A stretch of 64,000 nucleotides of DNA, taken from positions 501,952,001 to 502,016,000 of the forward strand of contig NW_027362764.1 in the NCBI RefSeq assembly GCF_046119375.1, given 5' to 3'. Both the position numbers and the translations under genes were made by a program. Position 1 is the first letter of the stretch; every line of letters begins with the position of its first letter. The DNA is from Phyllobates terribilis. Its lineage: Eukaryota. Below are positions 1-9,997 of the stretch, one piece after another. Below the pieces are notes generated by a model. That model made no database searches and was not told where the DNA came from. It saw nothing but the letters and a program-made list of their open reading frames with translations.

Positions 1-236
1 AGCTGGGTTAAATACCAGGTGACAGACAGCAATAGGCTGAGGACGCACAAGGGGTGTGCCCACAGCAGGTACAAGAAACAGGAAGTGATCGGGCGCCGCC
101 CTTAAGCAGCAGAAACAGAGGCAAGCAGACAGCATGGAGGGAAGCCAGGCTAGCAGACTGGACTGGAGATCAAGTGCGCGCTCTTGCACAGTGGGAGATG
201 GACCACTATGCAAGGACGCCGCCAGGTATGTTGCAG
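1..236. repeat. Unidentified LTR-like sequence replacing/interrupting the distal part of the 3' LTR of the CSD element (cut by window edge)
   Basis: Similarity between the two LTR copies (offset 3604) stops abruptly at 237; 1-236 does not match 3480-3840. Confidence 0.4.
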
Positions 237-1157
237 TCACTTCTGTCAGCAATGACTGCCCAAGCCGTGCTGCGTCCACCAGGTGAGGGGCTCCGTCAAC
301 CACCAGGCAGTTCAGGAGTATGGCACAGGACCCCCTTCTATCCTTTCTCTGGCCTCTCGTGCCCCACCAGTGACCACGCTTCTGTCCGGCTGCCTCGGGC
401 CTTCTCTGGTAAAACTTGGCGCCAGTTTCCCTGACCCTATGTGGTACCTTCCTAGCGGGTGTAGCAAGGGGTCGCACCAATAAATGATCACGACCTCCGG
501 TTCTTGGCTGAGGGATGATTTACCTCCACCAACTTGGGAATCCGGTACCCTTCCACGGCCTGACCCTTCACCCGATATAACGCGGGTTTGCAACGGTTGC
601 TGTCCGTTCTGCTCTCTTAGGGTCCCTCCTACCTTCTTGTTTCTGGAGCCTTTCTACTCCTCAGTCTCTTCTCCTTCCTTCTTTCTCCTTCTCCCTTCTT
701 CTCTCTTGCCCCGGCCTTCTCTCTAGGCCTGCCTCGTGGAGCTGAGCTCAAGCTGAGCCACAGCTCCCTGCCAGTTCTCTCTGGCTGAACTACATCTCTC
801 TCTCCCACTCTCTGAACACTGACTAAAGATGGTTCCCACCTTTTATCTACTTCTCTGAGTCTGAGCTCAGGTGACCTGCACCCAATGAGCTCCTTCCTAT
901 GCTCTAGAAACCGTCCCCCACTGCTCCTTCATCACCGGGTTTTCTCCCCCCTCCCCACTCCAGCCAGGGACATGGTCAGTTGTGCCTGCAATTATATGGG
1001 AGCACCGTCGAGCTGTCCCCCGGAAATGGGGAGTGTGTATGTGTATGTGTAGCTAACTGAGCCCTGGTCCACACTCCATCCTTACCTGGGAGTGGAATAT
1101 CACACCTCTGGTTAAGGTGCAATACCCCTGTGGCAACTGAACCCTCGGGGCACCACA
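237..1157 (-). repeat. 3' LTR of CSD element (distal ~360 bp missing)
   Basis: Starts TGTGGTGCCCCGAGGG right after the PPT; colinear with 3841-4761. Confidence 0.9.
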
Positions 1158-1166
1158 TTCCCCCCC
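1158..1166 (-). promoter_or_regulatory. Polypurine tract
   Basis: GGGGGGGAA immediately 5' of LTR start TG; same form as the PPT at 29953-29960. Confidence 0.85.
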
Positions 1167-1826
1167 GGTAAACCACAGCACGTCCTCGGGCTGGAACAAA
1201 GCAAAAGACCATTCAGAAACATGCAAGTTTTAGAATGCATTCACATATAAGATTATAAACCATTATAACTCATCCCTTTATGGGAGGCAATTCTTCTCTT
1301 TCAGCAGTTATTTTAAGACTTTCTTCACATATATAAAACATTATAAAACTCTTTTCACTTTTACAATCACATCTATCACATATAAAACATTTTTCTTGTA
1401 AACATTTTTCATGTAAAACTTTTGTTAACTGGTTACAGTGCGCTTTGCGACCAGGTGTCCATCTTTCTACAAAATGCAAACTTATAAACACAAACATGAG
1501 GGACCCATTCATAAACCCTCAACGTAGGCCCTGGGGTGGCTGCAGGGCGCAGCCGATCCAGCTGCTGGACCTCGTCTTCTGCCACCTCTAACGGGTTTTT
1601 GTTCTGAGGTCAGTTGTTGTTGTGGTCTCTTATAAAACCAGTAGGGGGCACTTTAAGAAGTGCAATTATGTACAAGATTGACCGCTCCCAGTCCTCGGCT
1701 GGATAGTTCATTACTTTGGCTGCTCCCAGTCCTCAGCCGGTTTTAACTGACCCGATACCAGGTAACTCTCTGCAACAGTTCCTTCACCCTGACGGGCAAC
1801 TATGTACATTGGTACGCTGCCACTCC

Positions 1827-2639
1827 TTAGTAGCAGTGTCCTCCCTGCGCACCTTCTTCCTCCTCGCCATATTCTTCAGACCCGTCCGGGTCCTCTGGGC
1901 AACCATACTCCTGGTACCGTTCCTTCTCCACCCTCTGGACATTGAGGGCATACCACCCTTTCAGGCCTCGATGTCGGGTGTATATTACCCGATCTCCCGA
2001 GAACAACTCCCGCTTCGGGTGACCCGCTGGCAGGTGACCCTCCACATCCCTCCTGTCAACATGGATGTCTGTGGCGGTGGCAGAGTCCTGAATGAACCCC
2101 CACCCTTTCTCCTGGTGGAACTTCACCACGGTCCCAGCTGTTTTTGGACCGTGTGCTGCATGGAGGTTTCGGCGGGTGCGCGTCTTCTCCTCCGCGCTTC
2201 GGGCCTGCAGCTGCTCCCTCTTCCGGCGCCGTGCCTGCTCCTCCTTCGCAAGCTGCTCACAGATCTCCCGCCTGCAGACTGCGGCCATCCGTGTCTCCTG
2301 GGCAAACCCCATCACATCCTCCCCGGTTTGGTCCCATCCTACTTGGACCTCTTCCTCCGGGAGCTGAGAGATGGTGACTGGCTGCGGTAAGGGCAAGAGC
2401 GGAGCGAGCGGGGCCTCGGCCTTTGCGGGCAGGTTTTTCCGCAGACTGGGGTGAACCCATCCCTCTGGTACGGGGACCGGCTCTCCATCAGGTCCGGCAA
2501 GCTGGCTGTACAGGTCAGTCCCAAGGGGTGGTGGTTTCGGGACCGGGGCACACGCGGCTGGGAGGCGCCTGAGGTGGTCAGGCCTTGCGACCGGGCCTGG
2601 AGCGGGCCGCTTCCTACCGCACCCGGGGTCAGGGGGCAC
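1827..2639 (-). CDS. Pro-rich/coiled-coil protein with C-terminal cold-shock domain (nt ~1929-2141) and acidic tail
   Basis: GTVVKFHQEKGWGFIQ (RNP1-like KGWGFI)...DIHVDRRDVEG (RNP2-like)...RELFSGDRVIYT...KGWYALNV matches CSD/OB-fold spacing; preceded by a charged helix with RRRKR and followed by EEYGEEEE. Confidence 0.8.
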   Translation of the reverse strand: MPPDPGCGRKRPAPGPVARPDHLRRLPAACAPVPKPPPLGTDLYSQLAGPDGEPVPVPEGWVHPSLRKNLPAKAEAPLAPLLPLPQPVTISQLPEEEVQVGWDQTGEDVMGFAQETRMAAVCRREICEQLAKEEQARRRKREQLQARSAEEKTRTRRNLHAAHGPKTAGTVVKFHQEKGWGFIQDSATATDIHVDRRDVEGHLPAGHPKRELFSGDRVIYTRHRGLKGWYALNVQRVEKERYQEYGCPEDPDGSEEYGEEEEGAQGGHCY

Positions 2640-3361
2640 GACGGGGGGCGTGGTTCAGCGGCGATGCTTGCAGCTTGAGGCCCAGGTGTATGCGGCGGGA
2701 GCGTGGAAGCTGCAGCGGCTCCCGGGACTTCTGGCTCCACGGCGGGATCCAGGGGTAAGGCTACAGCGTCAGGGCCCGGGGCAGGGGTGTCCGCCTTACC
2801 TGCCTCTGCGGCAGCGCTGTTCTTGGCCTCCGGTCTCCTCTCTCTGTCTTTGGGGGCAGGCGCACTGCCAGGTGCTGGCAGCGTCTCTTGCTGCCGGGTC
2901 ACGACCCGCCGGGCCATCTCCTCCCTCCATCCGGCGATGACTTCCCTCTGCGCCCGGACCATCCTCCGGTCCAGCTCCTCCAGCGCTGTCCGCAGGAATT
3001 CAGGGTCTTCTGCGGGGAGCTGAGCCATCAGCTCCGTGAGGATGTACGGGGATGCCTCGGCCTGCAGCAGGCCGCTTGCCAGGGTGCTGGAGTTGACGCT
3101 CCTCTCCATCTCCGGGTGTGGTCTGGCGAGACTGATCCAAACCACACCCTGCCCCGCAGTTTTCTTCTCTTTCCGCCCCTGTTGGGGGTGGTCCCGGGGC
3201 AACCTGCTGACAATCACTCTCAGGGGCAGCCCCCCCCCCACGTTAATGGACATCTCTACAGCCGCACTCATGGCTGCTGGGGATGGGCTCCTTCTTTGGC
3301 GCCATTCTGGGACCTGGCCCACGATGGGAGGTGGCTTCTTGTTATCTTTTGGCGCGCACAT
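2339..3361 (-). CDS. Upstream ORF of CSD element at the gag position (helical N-region, Pro/Ala-rich linker); probably N-terminal half of the CSD protein
   Basis: First in-frame ATG at 3361, ~100 nt after the PBS; open for 340 codons; amphipathic segment ILTELMAQL...FLRTALEELDRRMVRAQREVIAGWREEMARRVV; overlaps the CSD ORF in the -1 frame. Confidence 0.5.
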   Translation of the reverse strand: MCAPKDNKKPPPIVGQVPEWRQRRSPSPAAMSAAVEMSINVGGGLPLRVIVSRLPRDHPQQGRKEKKTAGQGVVWISLARPHPEMERSVNSSTLASGLLQAEASPYILTELMAQLPAEDPEFLRTALEELDRRMVRAQREVIAGWREEMARRVVTRQQETLPAPGSAPAPKDRERRPEAKNSAAAEAGKADTPAPGPDAVALPLDPAVEPEVPGAAAASTLPPHTPGPQAASIAAEPRPPSCPLTPGAVGSGPLQARSQGLTTSGASQPRVPRSRNHHPLGLTCTASLPDLMESRSPYQRDGFTPVCGKTCPQRPRPRSLRSCPYRSQSPSLSSRRKRSK

Positions 3362-3457
3362 TATGGCGTCTGTTCTTCTGGTGCGGGCGCCATTTTCAAT
3401 ACAGTGAAACAGTCTCTTTTCAGGCACGCAATACCCGCTGGTGGTGGGTTGGTCACG

Positions 3458-3475
3458 ATCCTGCCGACTACGCCA
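3458..3475 (-). promoter_or_regulatory. Primer binding site, tRNA-Ser
   Basis: TGGCGTAGTCGGCAGGAT, complementary to the 3' 18 nt of vertebrate tRNA-Ser (ATCCTGCCGACTACGCCA), 4 nt after the LTR end. Confidence 0.9.
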
Positions 3476-3479
3476 AAGC

Positions 3480-4761
3480 TGACTCGCCCCCTGGGCCGTG
3501 GGGCACCTGGAACCGGGTTTCTGTGCGATGCTGGGGGTAGTAGTGGCAACCCGATCCTGTGGCTCAGGGTGGTCAGACCAAATGCTGTGCAGTCTATTTA
3601 TAGATTAGTGAATGTCCGACTACGCCACCCCTGGATTGCGGTCAGGGATGACTGCCGCTGCAAGGCAGACCGCTGAGGCTGGTGTTAGTGTGCAGCACAG
3701 GGATAGGATAACTCCCCACGGGAAGAGTGTAGCCTCAGGGCAATGTAGGTGGATGCTGGGGGTGATGGTGCAGGCGCAGCATAAATCACACAGAGTCCAA
3801 TGGTGCAGTTCAGGCCTTTTACTCACAGTTGATATCCAAATCACTTCTGTCAGCAATGACTGCCCAAGCCGTGCTGCGTCCACCAGGTGAGGGGCTCGGT
3901 CAACCCACAGGCAGTTCAGGAGTATGGCACAGGACCCCCTTCTATCCTTTCTCTGGCCTCTCGTGCCCCACCAGCGACCACGCTTCTGTCCGGCTGCCTC
4001 AGGCCTTCTCTGGTAAAACTTGGCGCCAGTTTCGCTGACCCTATGTGGTGCCTTCCTAGCAGGTGTAGCAAGGGGTCGCACCAATAAATGATCATGACCT
4101 CCGATTCTTGGCTGAGGGATGATTTACCTCCACCAACTTGGGAATCCGGTACCCTTCCACGGCCTGACCCTTCACCCGATATAACGAGGGTTTGCAACGG
4201 TTGCTGTCCGTTCTGCTCTCTTAGGGTCCCTCCTGCCTTCTTGTTTCTGGAGCCTTTCTACTCCTCTGTCTCTTCTCCTTCCTTCTTTCTCCTTCTCCCT
4301 TCTTCTCTCTTTCCCCGGCCTTCTCTCTAGGCCTGCCTCGTGGAGCTGAGCTCAAGCTGAGCCACAGCTCCCTGCCAGCTCTCTCTGGCTGAATTACTTC
4401 TCTCTCTCCCACTCTCTGAACACTGACTAAAGATGGCTCCCACCTTTTATCTACTTCTCTGCGTCTGAGCTCAGGTGACCTGCACCCAATGAGCTCCTTC
4501 CTATGCTCCAGAAACCATCCCCTACTGCTCCTACATCACTGGGTTCTCTCCCCCCTCCCCACTCCAGCCAGTGACATGGTCAGTTGTGCCTGCAATTATA
4601 TGGGAGCACCGTCGAGCTGTCCCCCGGAAATGGGGAGTGTGTATGTGTGTGTGCAGCTAAGTGAGCCCTGGTCCACACTCCATCCTTACCTGGGAGTGGA
4701 ATATCACACCTCTGGTTAAGGTGCAATACCCCTGTGGCAACCGAACCCTCGGGGCGCCACA
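3480..4761 (-). repeat. 5' LTR of CSD element (1282 bp)
   Basis: TG...CA termini, followed by the PBS, direct repeat of 237-1157. Confidence 0.9.
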
Positions 4762-4816
4762 CATACATGCATAAACACATTTGAAACACAAAAATAAATA
4801 TAAACAGACATCAAAC

Positions 4817-4972
4817 NNNNNNNNNNNNNNNNNNNNNNNNNNNNNNNNNNNNNNNNNNNNNNNNNNNNNNNNNNNNNNNNNNNNNNNNNNNNNNNNNNNN
4901 NNNNNNNNNNNNNNNNNNNNNNNNNNNNNNNNNNNNNNNNNNNNNNNNNNNNNNNNNNNNNNNNNNNNNNNN
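4817..4972. other. Assembly gap
   Basis: Run of N. Confidence 1.
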
Positions 4973-5002
4973 GCCCCAGTCGTCCAGCTTCTCTCCGGTG
5001 CA

Positions 5003-5348
5003 GCAGTGCAGGCCAGTCGCGCACTGCGTAACGTCACACTAGCAGACACGGCCGCGCACAGGGCCGTGTCTCCTAGATGTGACGTGGTCGTTGCGGGGGG
5101 AGCGGTCCGGGGGCCCCCCCGCCACTGTCTGCCGGTATGTGCCACGGCGCCGCACATATTATAATGAGGGCAATCTGGCCATGCATCCCCCGGAGCCCCG
5201 GGCCCCCCCGGAGCCCCGGGCGGTAGCCCAGATTTCCCTCATTATAATCCGCCTATGGCAGTGCCACCTCCTCTTGCTTGACTGACAGCTCCTTTGCTTG
5301 AAGTCAAACAGCATAGAAGCTGTCAGTCAAGCAAGAGGAGGTGGCACT
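5003..5348. repeat. Cluster of four adjacent inverted repeats, probably internal part of a non-autonomous DNA transposon
   Basis: IRs at 5003-5027, 5031-5085, 5158-5178/5228-5248 (1 mismatch) and 5260-5290/5318-5348 (perfect 31 bp). Confidence 0.8.
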
Positions 5349-8300
5349 AGGCAGGGAATAGAGCTGGAGTGGCAAGGGCTTGGGAAGAGCTTCCACATAC
5401 CAAAAGCACTTAAGCTTAATTTGCATATTGATTCAAACGCTGATTTCTCAATTAGGGAGGAATGGACTGGCCATGTAAAGGTATTGATAGACTTGTGTTT
5501 GAAAGAGCTACATGTGCATATAAATAGTTTGGTGATGACAGATTCACTTTAAAAGCAATTCTTTAATGGCCATGATTTCAGAAATATGTCTCATTTTGAC
5601 CGTAGCTGTGGTTTGTGTGCCATTTTGAGATAAAATGAAAACCTTTTAAACCGTTTTCATCCTGTACTATCAATAATTTTAAAAAATTGTAAAAGGCATG
5701 CAGAATATAAATTATCAGTGTAGATATATTGGAGTGAGTTGTAATTAGGTACAGCAATTGGAATTGAGGTGAACTTTATTATGCAAATGTTATATTTATC
5801 AGTGACCATAAGAAACTGTTCACTTCCTCACTTCCCAGCTCAATACTAGAGCTAATTAAAGTTATCTATATAAAATCTCTAAATCGAAAATATCAGGTCA
5901 ATCCAAATAATTTAGGTGGTAAAGATTGATGAGCATCATTAGAAGTCGGAGTGAATAATGTGCTAATGTCCTTAGCAGGTTTTGTGTGTGCTGACGTCTA
6001 CAGTAAGTAAATGTACTAATCAGGTTTGATCTACATCATTACAGTCCATGACTATATACCAGTAAAGTTCTCTAATGATGTAACATTGCACAATATGTCA
6101 ATTTATAGGCAGAATGTTGGCTGTGCTGTTGCACTGGGGCCATGGACTTTAGTTGTGTTCCCTTTTGTATTCTATCCTCATCATTTATTCCATAAGATTT
6201 CTATAAAGAAAGTCCTATGGTCTCGGAAAGAGGGAAACAAGACAGTATGCCCACTAGACTCAGGGACCGAAGTGAGAGAATTCATTCTTAATGCAATGTG
6301 GCATGCCAGTGCTATATAAATAATGGATAATAACAAAATAAATAAGTACAAGATACAGTCGTTGGTTCTAATGTGGGCATATGCAGAGCGCTAGAATGCA
6401 ACATTGACAGATTTAGACCATTCTTTGCTACCCACAATTATTTTTCTTGTTCATCATCCTGGAAACTGGATAAGGCAATCTGATAGCTGCATGAATAAAA
6501 CAGTACAAGAGGTTTTGACACATAAACTAAACAAAAGAAACACTACCCACAACCTTGTTAATTTATTGATTGGTTGCTAAGCCAAATTCTTCTGAAACTA
6601 TGGGACAATTCCGTACCTAGATTTGATATTCTAACCATAGTAAGAAAACCAAACTGCTTTTAATCAACTTTTTTTAATATCACTAGCAGCTACATTAACA
6701 ATTTTATAGCAAATAAGTTAACTTTTCAATAAAGGGGTATAACGTGGAAGAACAGTGGATAAGTGAAGGATTAGATGGTAACTACCCTACAAGAGCAATG
6801 GTGAAGCATGAACAGAAGGCAATACTGGTTTTAAACCGGAAAACTAGAATTTTATTGAAAACTGGGAAGCCAGCAAAACAGTCTATTGCTCCTAGGTTCT
6901 CATGAAGAGACACTCAGAGAGCTCAGTGCAGTTCAGGGGCCCACTCCATTTTCCTCTGCTCCTCAGAGTGTGCCGTCGCCTCAAGCCACCGATCACGCTG
7001 ATGAAGAAATGTTGGTCAGATGGATTACAGCGTGGGACACTGAATTATTTAATCTTTGGACGGGTGAGGTATATTGTTGTTTTTTATATTTGGTTTGTTT
7101 TCAGGGAACAATGGCTTCAGGGAATTAGGTGTAAAGGTGAGTATAATATGTTTTTTATTTTATTCTTCTTTTTATATTTGTTTGAGACAGCGGGGGCAGA
7201 ATACTACTTTCAACATTGTCCCTTGCTCGTGCTGATCGCAGAGCAAGCAGGGGATAATGATGAGACTTGCCTCCAGCACCCAGAGTCTGGGAACAGCGCT
7301 AACTGTATCACTCATTCGTGTGATTCTGATGCGGCACATGGGCGGCACGCGGTTGACACACGTATGTCACACAGGGACACACAGACATGGATAGCTCCGT
7401 TACGGTTTTCTCTGGTACCGGAAATATCAGTACATGTGAAAGAGGCCTAAGGGACGGTGGACGTAGCTATATATGACAAGACATAATACTATGTAATAAT
7501 GGGACAGCACTGTACATAACAACAGAGGATGCTACATAATAAGGGACCAACCCATACATAACTAGAGAGGATGGTACATAATAAGGGAGTTCCTTTCCAT
7601 AATGTATCCCATACTGGGCTCCTTCCTCGAATAATCTCTTCCGACTAGGTCCCCTTCTTGATATAATGTCGCCAATCCTGGTAGCCTTTCTGGTATAATG
7701 TCCCCCACTCTGGTCCCCTTCTTGGTATAATGTGCCCCATCCTGGTCCCCTTCCTGGTATAATATGCCATCCTGGTATAATGTGTCCCTTCCTGGTATAA
7801 TGTACCCTATCCTGGGCCCCTTACTGGGATAATGTTCCCCATCCTGGTCCCCTTACAGGTATAATGTGCCCCATCCTGGTATAATGTGCCCCATCTAGGT
7901 ATATGTCCCTCATCTAGGTATATATGTGCCCCATTCTGGTATAATGTCCCCCATCCTGGTATAACATTCCCCCATCCTGATATAATGTCCCTCATCCAGG
8001 TATAAATGTCCCCCATCAAGGTATACTGTATATGTGCCCCATCCATGTATACATGTGCCCCATCCTGCTATAATGTGCACCATCCTCATATATATGACCC
8101 CCATCCTGGTATAATGTGCCCCATCCAGATATATATGTTCCTTATTCTGGTATGTGTCCCATCCTTGTATATATATTCCTCATCCTGCTATAATGTGCTT
8201 CATCAGTGTATATATGTGCCCCATCATGCTATAATATGCCCCATCCTTGTAGAAATGTCCTCTCTCCTGGTATAATGTGCCCTATTCAGGTATATAGGTG

Positions 8301-8375
8301 CCCCATTCCTTTATAATGTGCCCCATTCTGTTTTAATGTGCCCCCTGTCCTGGTATAATATGCCCCATCTAGGTA

Positions 8376-9997
8376 CAGTACAGACCAAAAGTTTGGACAC
8401 ACCTTCTCATTTAAAGAATTTTCTGTATTTTCATAACTATGAAAATTGTACATTCACACTGAAGACATCAAAATTATGAATTAACACATGTGGAATTATA
8501 TACTTAACAAAAAAGTGTGAAACAACTGAAAATATGTCTTATAGTCTAGGTTCTTCAAAGTAGCAACCTTTTGCTTTGATGACTGCTTTGCACACTCTTG
8601 GCATTCTCTTGATGAGCTTCAAGAGGTAGTCACTGGAAATGGTTTTCACTTCACAGGTGTGCCCTGTCAGGTTTAATAAGTGGGATTTCTTGCCTTATAA
8701 ATGGGGTTGGGACCATCAGTTGTGTTGTGCAGAAGTCTGGTGGATACACAGCTGATAGTCCTACTGAATAAACTGTTAGAATTTGTATTATGGCAAGAAA
8801 AAAGCAGCTAAGTAAAGAAAAATGAGTGGCCATCATTACTTTAAGAAATGAAGGTCAGTCAGTGCGAAAAATTGGGAAAACTTTGAAAGTGTCCCCAAGT
8901 GCAGTTGCAAAAACCATCAAGCGCTACAAAGAAACTGCCTCACATGAGGACCGCCCCAGGAAAGGAAGACCAAGAGTCACCTCTGCTTCTGAAGATAAGT
9001 TTATCCGAGTCATCAGCCTCAGAAATCGCAGGTTAACAGCAGCTCAGATTAGAGACCAGGTCAATGCCACACAGAGTTCTAGCAGCAGACACATCTCTTC
9101 AACAACTGTTAAGAGGAGACTTTGTGCAGCTGGCCTTCATGGTAAAATAGCTGCTAGGAAACCACGGTTAAGGACAGGCAACAAGCAGAAGAGACTTGTT
9201 TTGGCTAAAGAACACAAGGAATGGACATTAGACCAGTGGAAATCTGTGCTTTGGTCTGATGAGTCCAATTTTGAGATCTTTGGTTCCAACCACCGTGTCT
9301 TTGTGCGACGCAGAAAAGGTGAACGGATGGACTCAACATGCCTGGTTCCCACCGTGAAGCATGGAGGAGAAGGTGTGCTGGTGTGGGGGTGCATTACTGG
9401 TGACACTGTTGGGGATTTATTCAAAATTGAAGGCATACTGAACCAGCATGGTTAGCACAGCATCTTGCAGAGGCATGCTATTCCATCCGGTTTGCGTTCA
9501 GTTGGACCATCATTTATTTTTCAACAGGACAATGACCCCAAACACACCTCCTGGCTGTGAAAGGGCTATTTAACCAAGAAGGAGAGTGATGGGGTGCTAC
9601 CCCAGATGACCTGGCCTCCACAGTCACCAGACCTGAACCCAGTCGAGATGGTTTGGGGAGAGCTGGACCGCAGAGTGAAGGTAAAAGGGCCAACAAGTGC
9701 TAAGCATCTCAGGGAACTCCTTCAAGATTGTTAGAAGACCATTTCCGGTGACTACCTCTTGAAGCTCATCAAGAGAATGCCAAGAGTGTGCAAAGCAGTC
9801 ATCAAAGCAAAAGGTGGCTACTTTGAAGAACCTAGAATATAAGACATATTTTCAGTTGTTTCACACTTTTTTGTTAAGTATATAATTCCACATTCATAGT
9901 TTTGATGCCTTCAGTGTGAATGTACAATTTTCAAAGTCATGAAAATACAGAAAAATCTTTAAATGAGAAGGTGTGTCCAAACTTTTGGTCTGTACTG
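8376..9997 (+). mobile_element. Tc1-like DNA transposon (long TIRs), inactivated
   Basis: TA|CAGTACAGACCAAAAGTTTGGACACACC ... GGTGTGTCCAAACTTTTGGTCTGTACTG|TA with ~200-bp TIRs. Confidence 0.95.
8790..9842 (+). pseudogene. Tc1 DD34E transposase with several premature stops
   Basis: MARKKQLSKEK*..., GRPR, VLWSDES, DNDPKH, WPPQSPDLNPVE; in-frame stops at 8823, 9453 and later. Confidence 0.9.

Larger units (their letters stand above)
237..4761 (-). mobile_element. Non-autonomous Gypsy-related LTR retroelement carrying a cold-shock-domain ORF
   Basis: Direct repeats 237-1157 and 3841-4761; 5' LTR 3480-4761 has TG...CA ends (TGTGGCGCCCC...GGGGGCGAGTCA); tRNA-Ser PBS 3458-3475; PPT GGGGGGGAA at 1158-1166 abutting the 3' LTR; 2.3-kb internal region without RT/IN/PR motifs. 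Confidence 0.9.

Noticed and set aside
3458-3475. tRNA-Ser gene fragment
   Set aside because: Only the 18 terminal nt including CCA, positioned right after an LTR: a PBS, not a tRNA gene.
2888-3676. Plus-strand ORFs antisense to the CSD element (1716-2390, 2888-3676)
   Set aside because: GC-rich antisense shadows of the minus-strand coding region with no motifs; orientation opposes the PBS/PPT polarity.
4657-5164. ORFs spanning the N-run
   Set aside because: Artefacts of translating through the assembly gap.
6197-7063. Two candidate host exons (6197-6271 and 6896-7063; AG/GT, phase 1, lengths 75 and 168) encoding DFYKESPMV...WITAWDTELFNLWT
   Set aside because: No recognisable protein and no further exons found. 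The second lies next to GGTGAGTATAAT motifs like those inside the MITE at ~59170 and upstream of a MITE-like end at ~7447, so a repeat origin is more likely. RNA-seq junction reads would overturn this.
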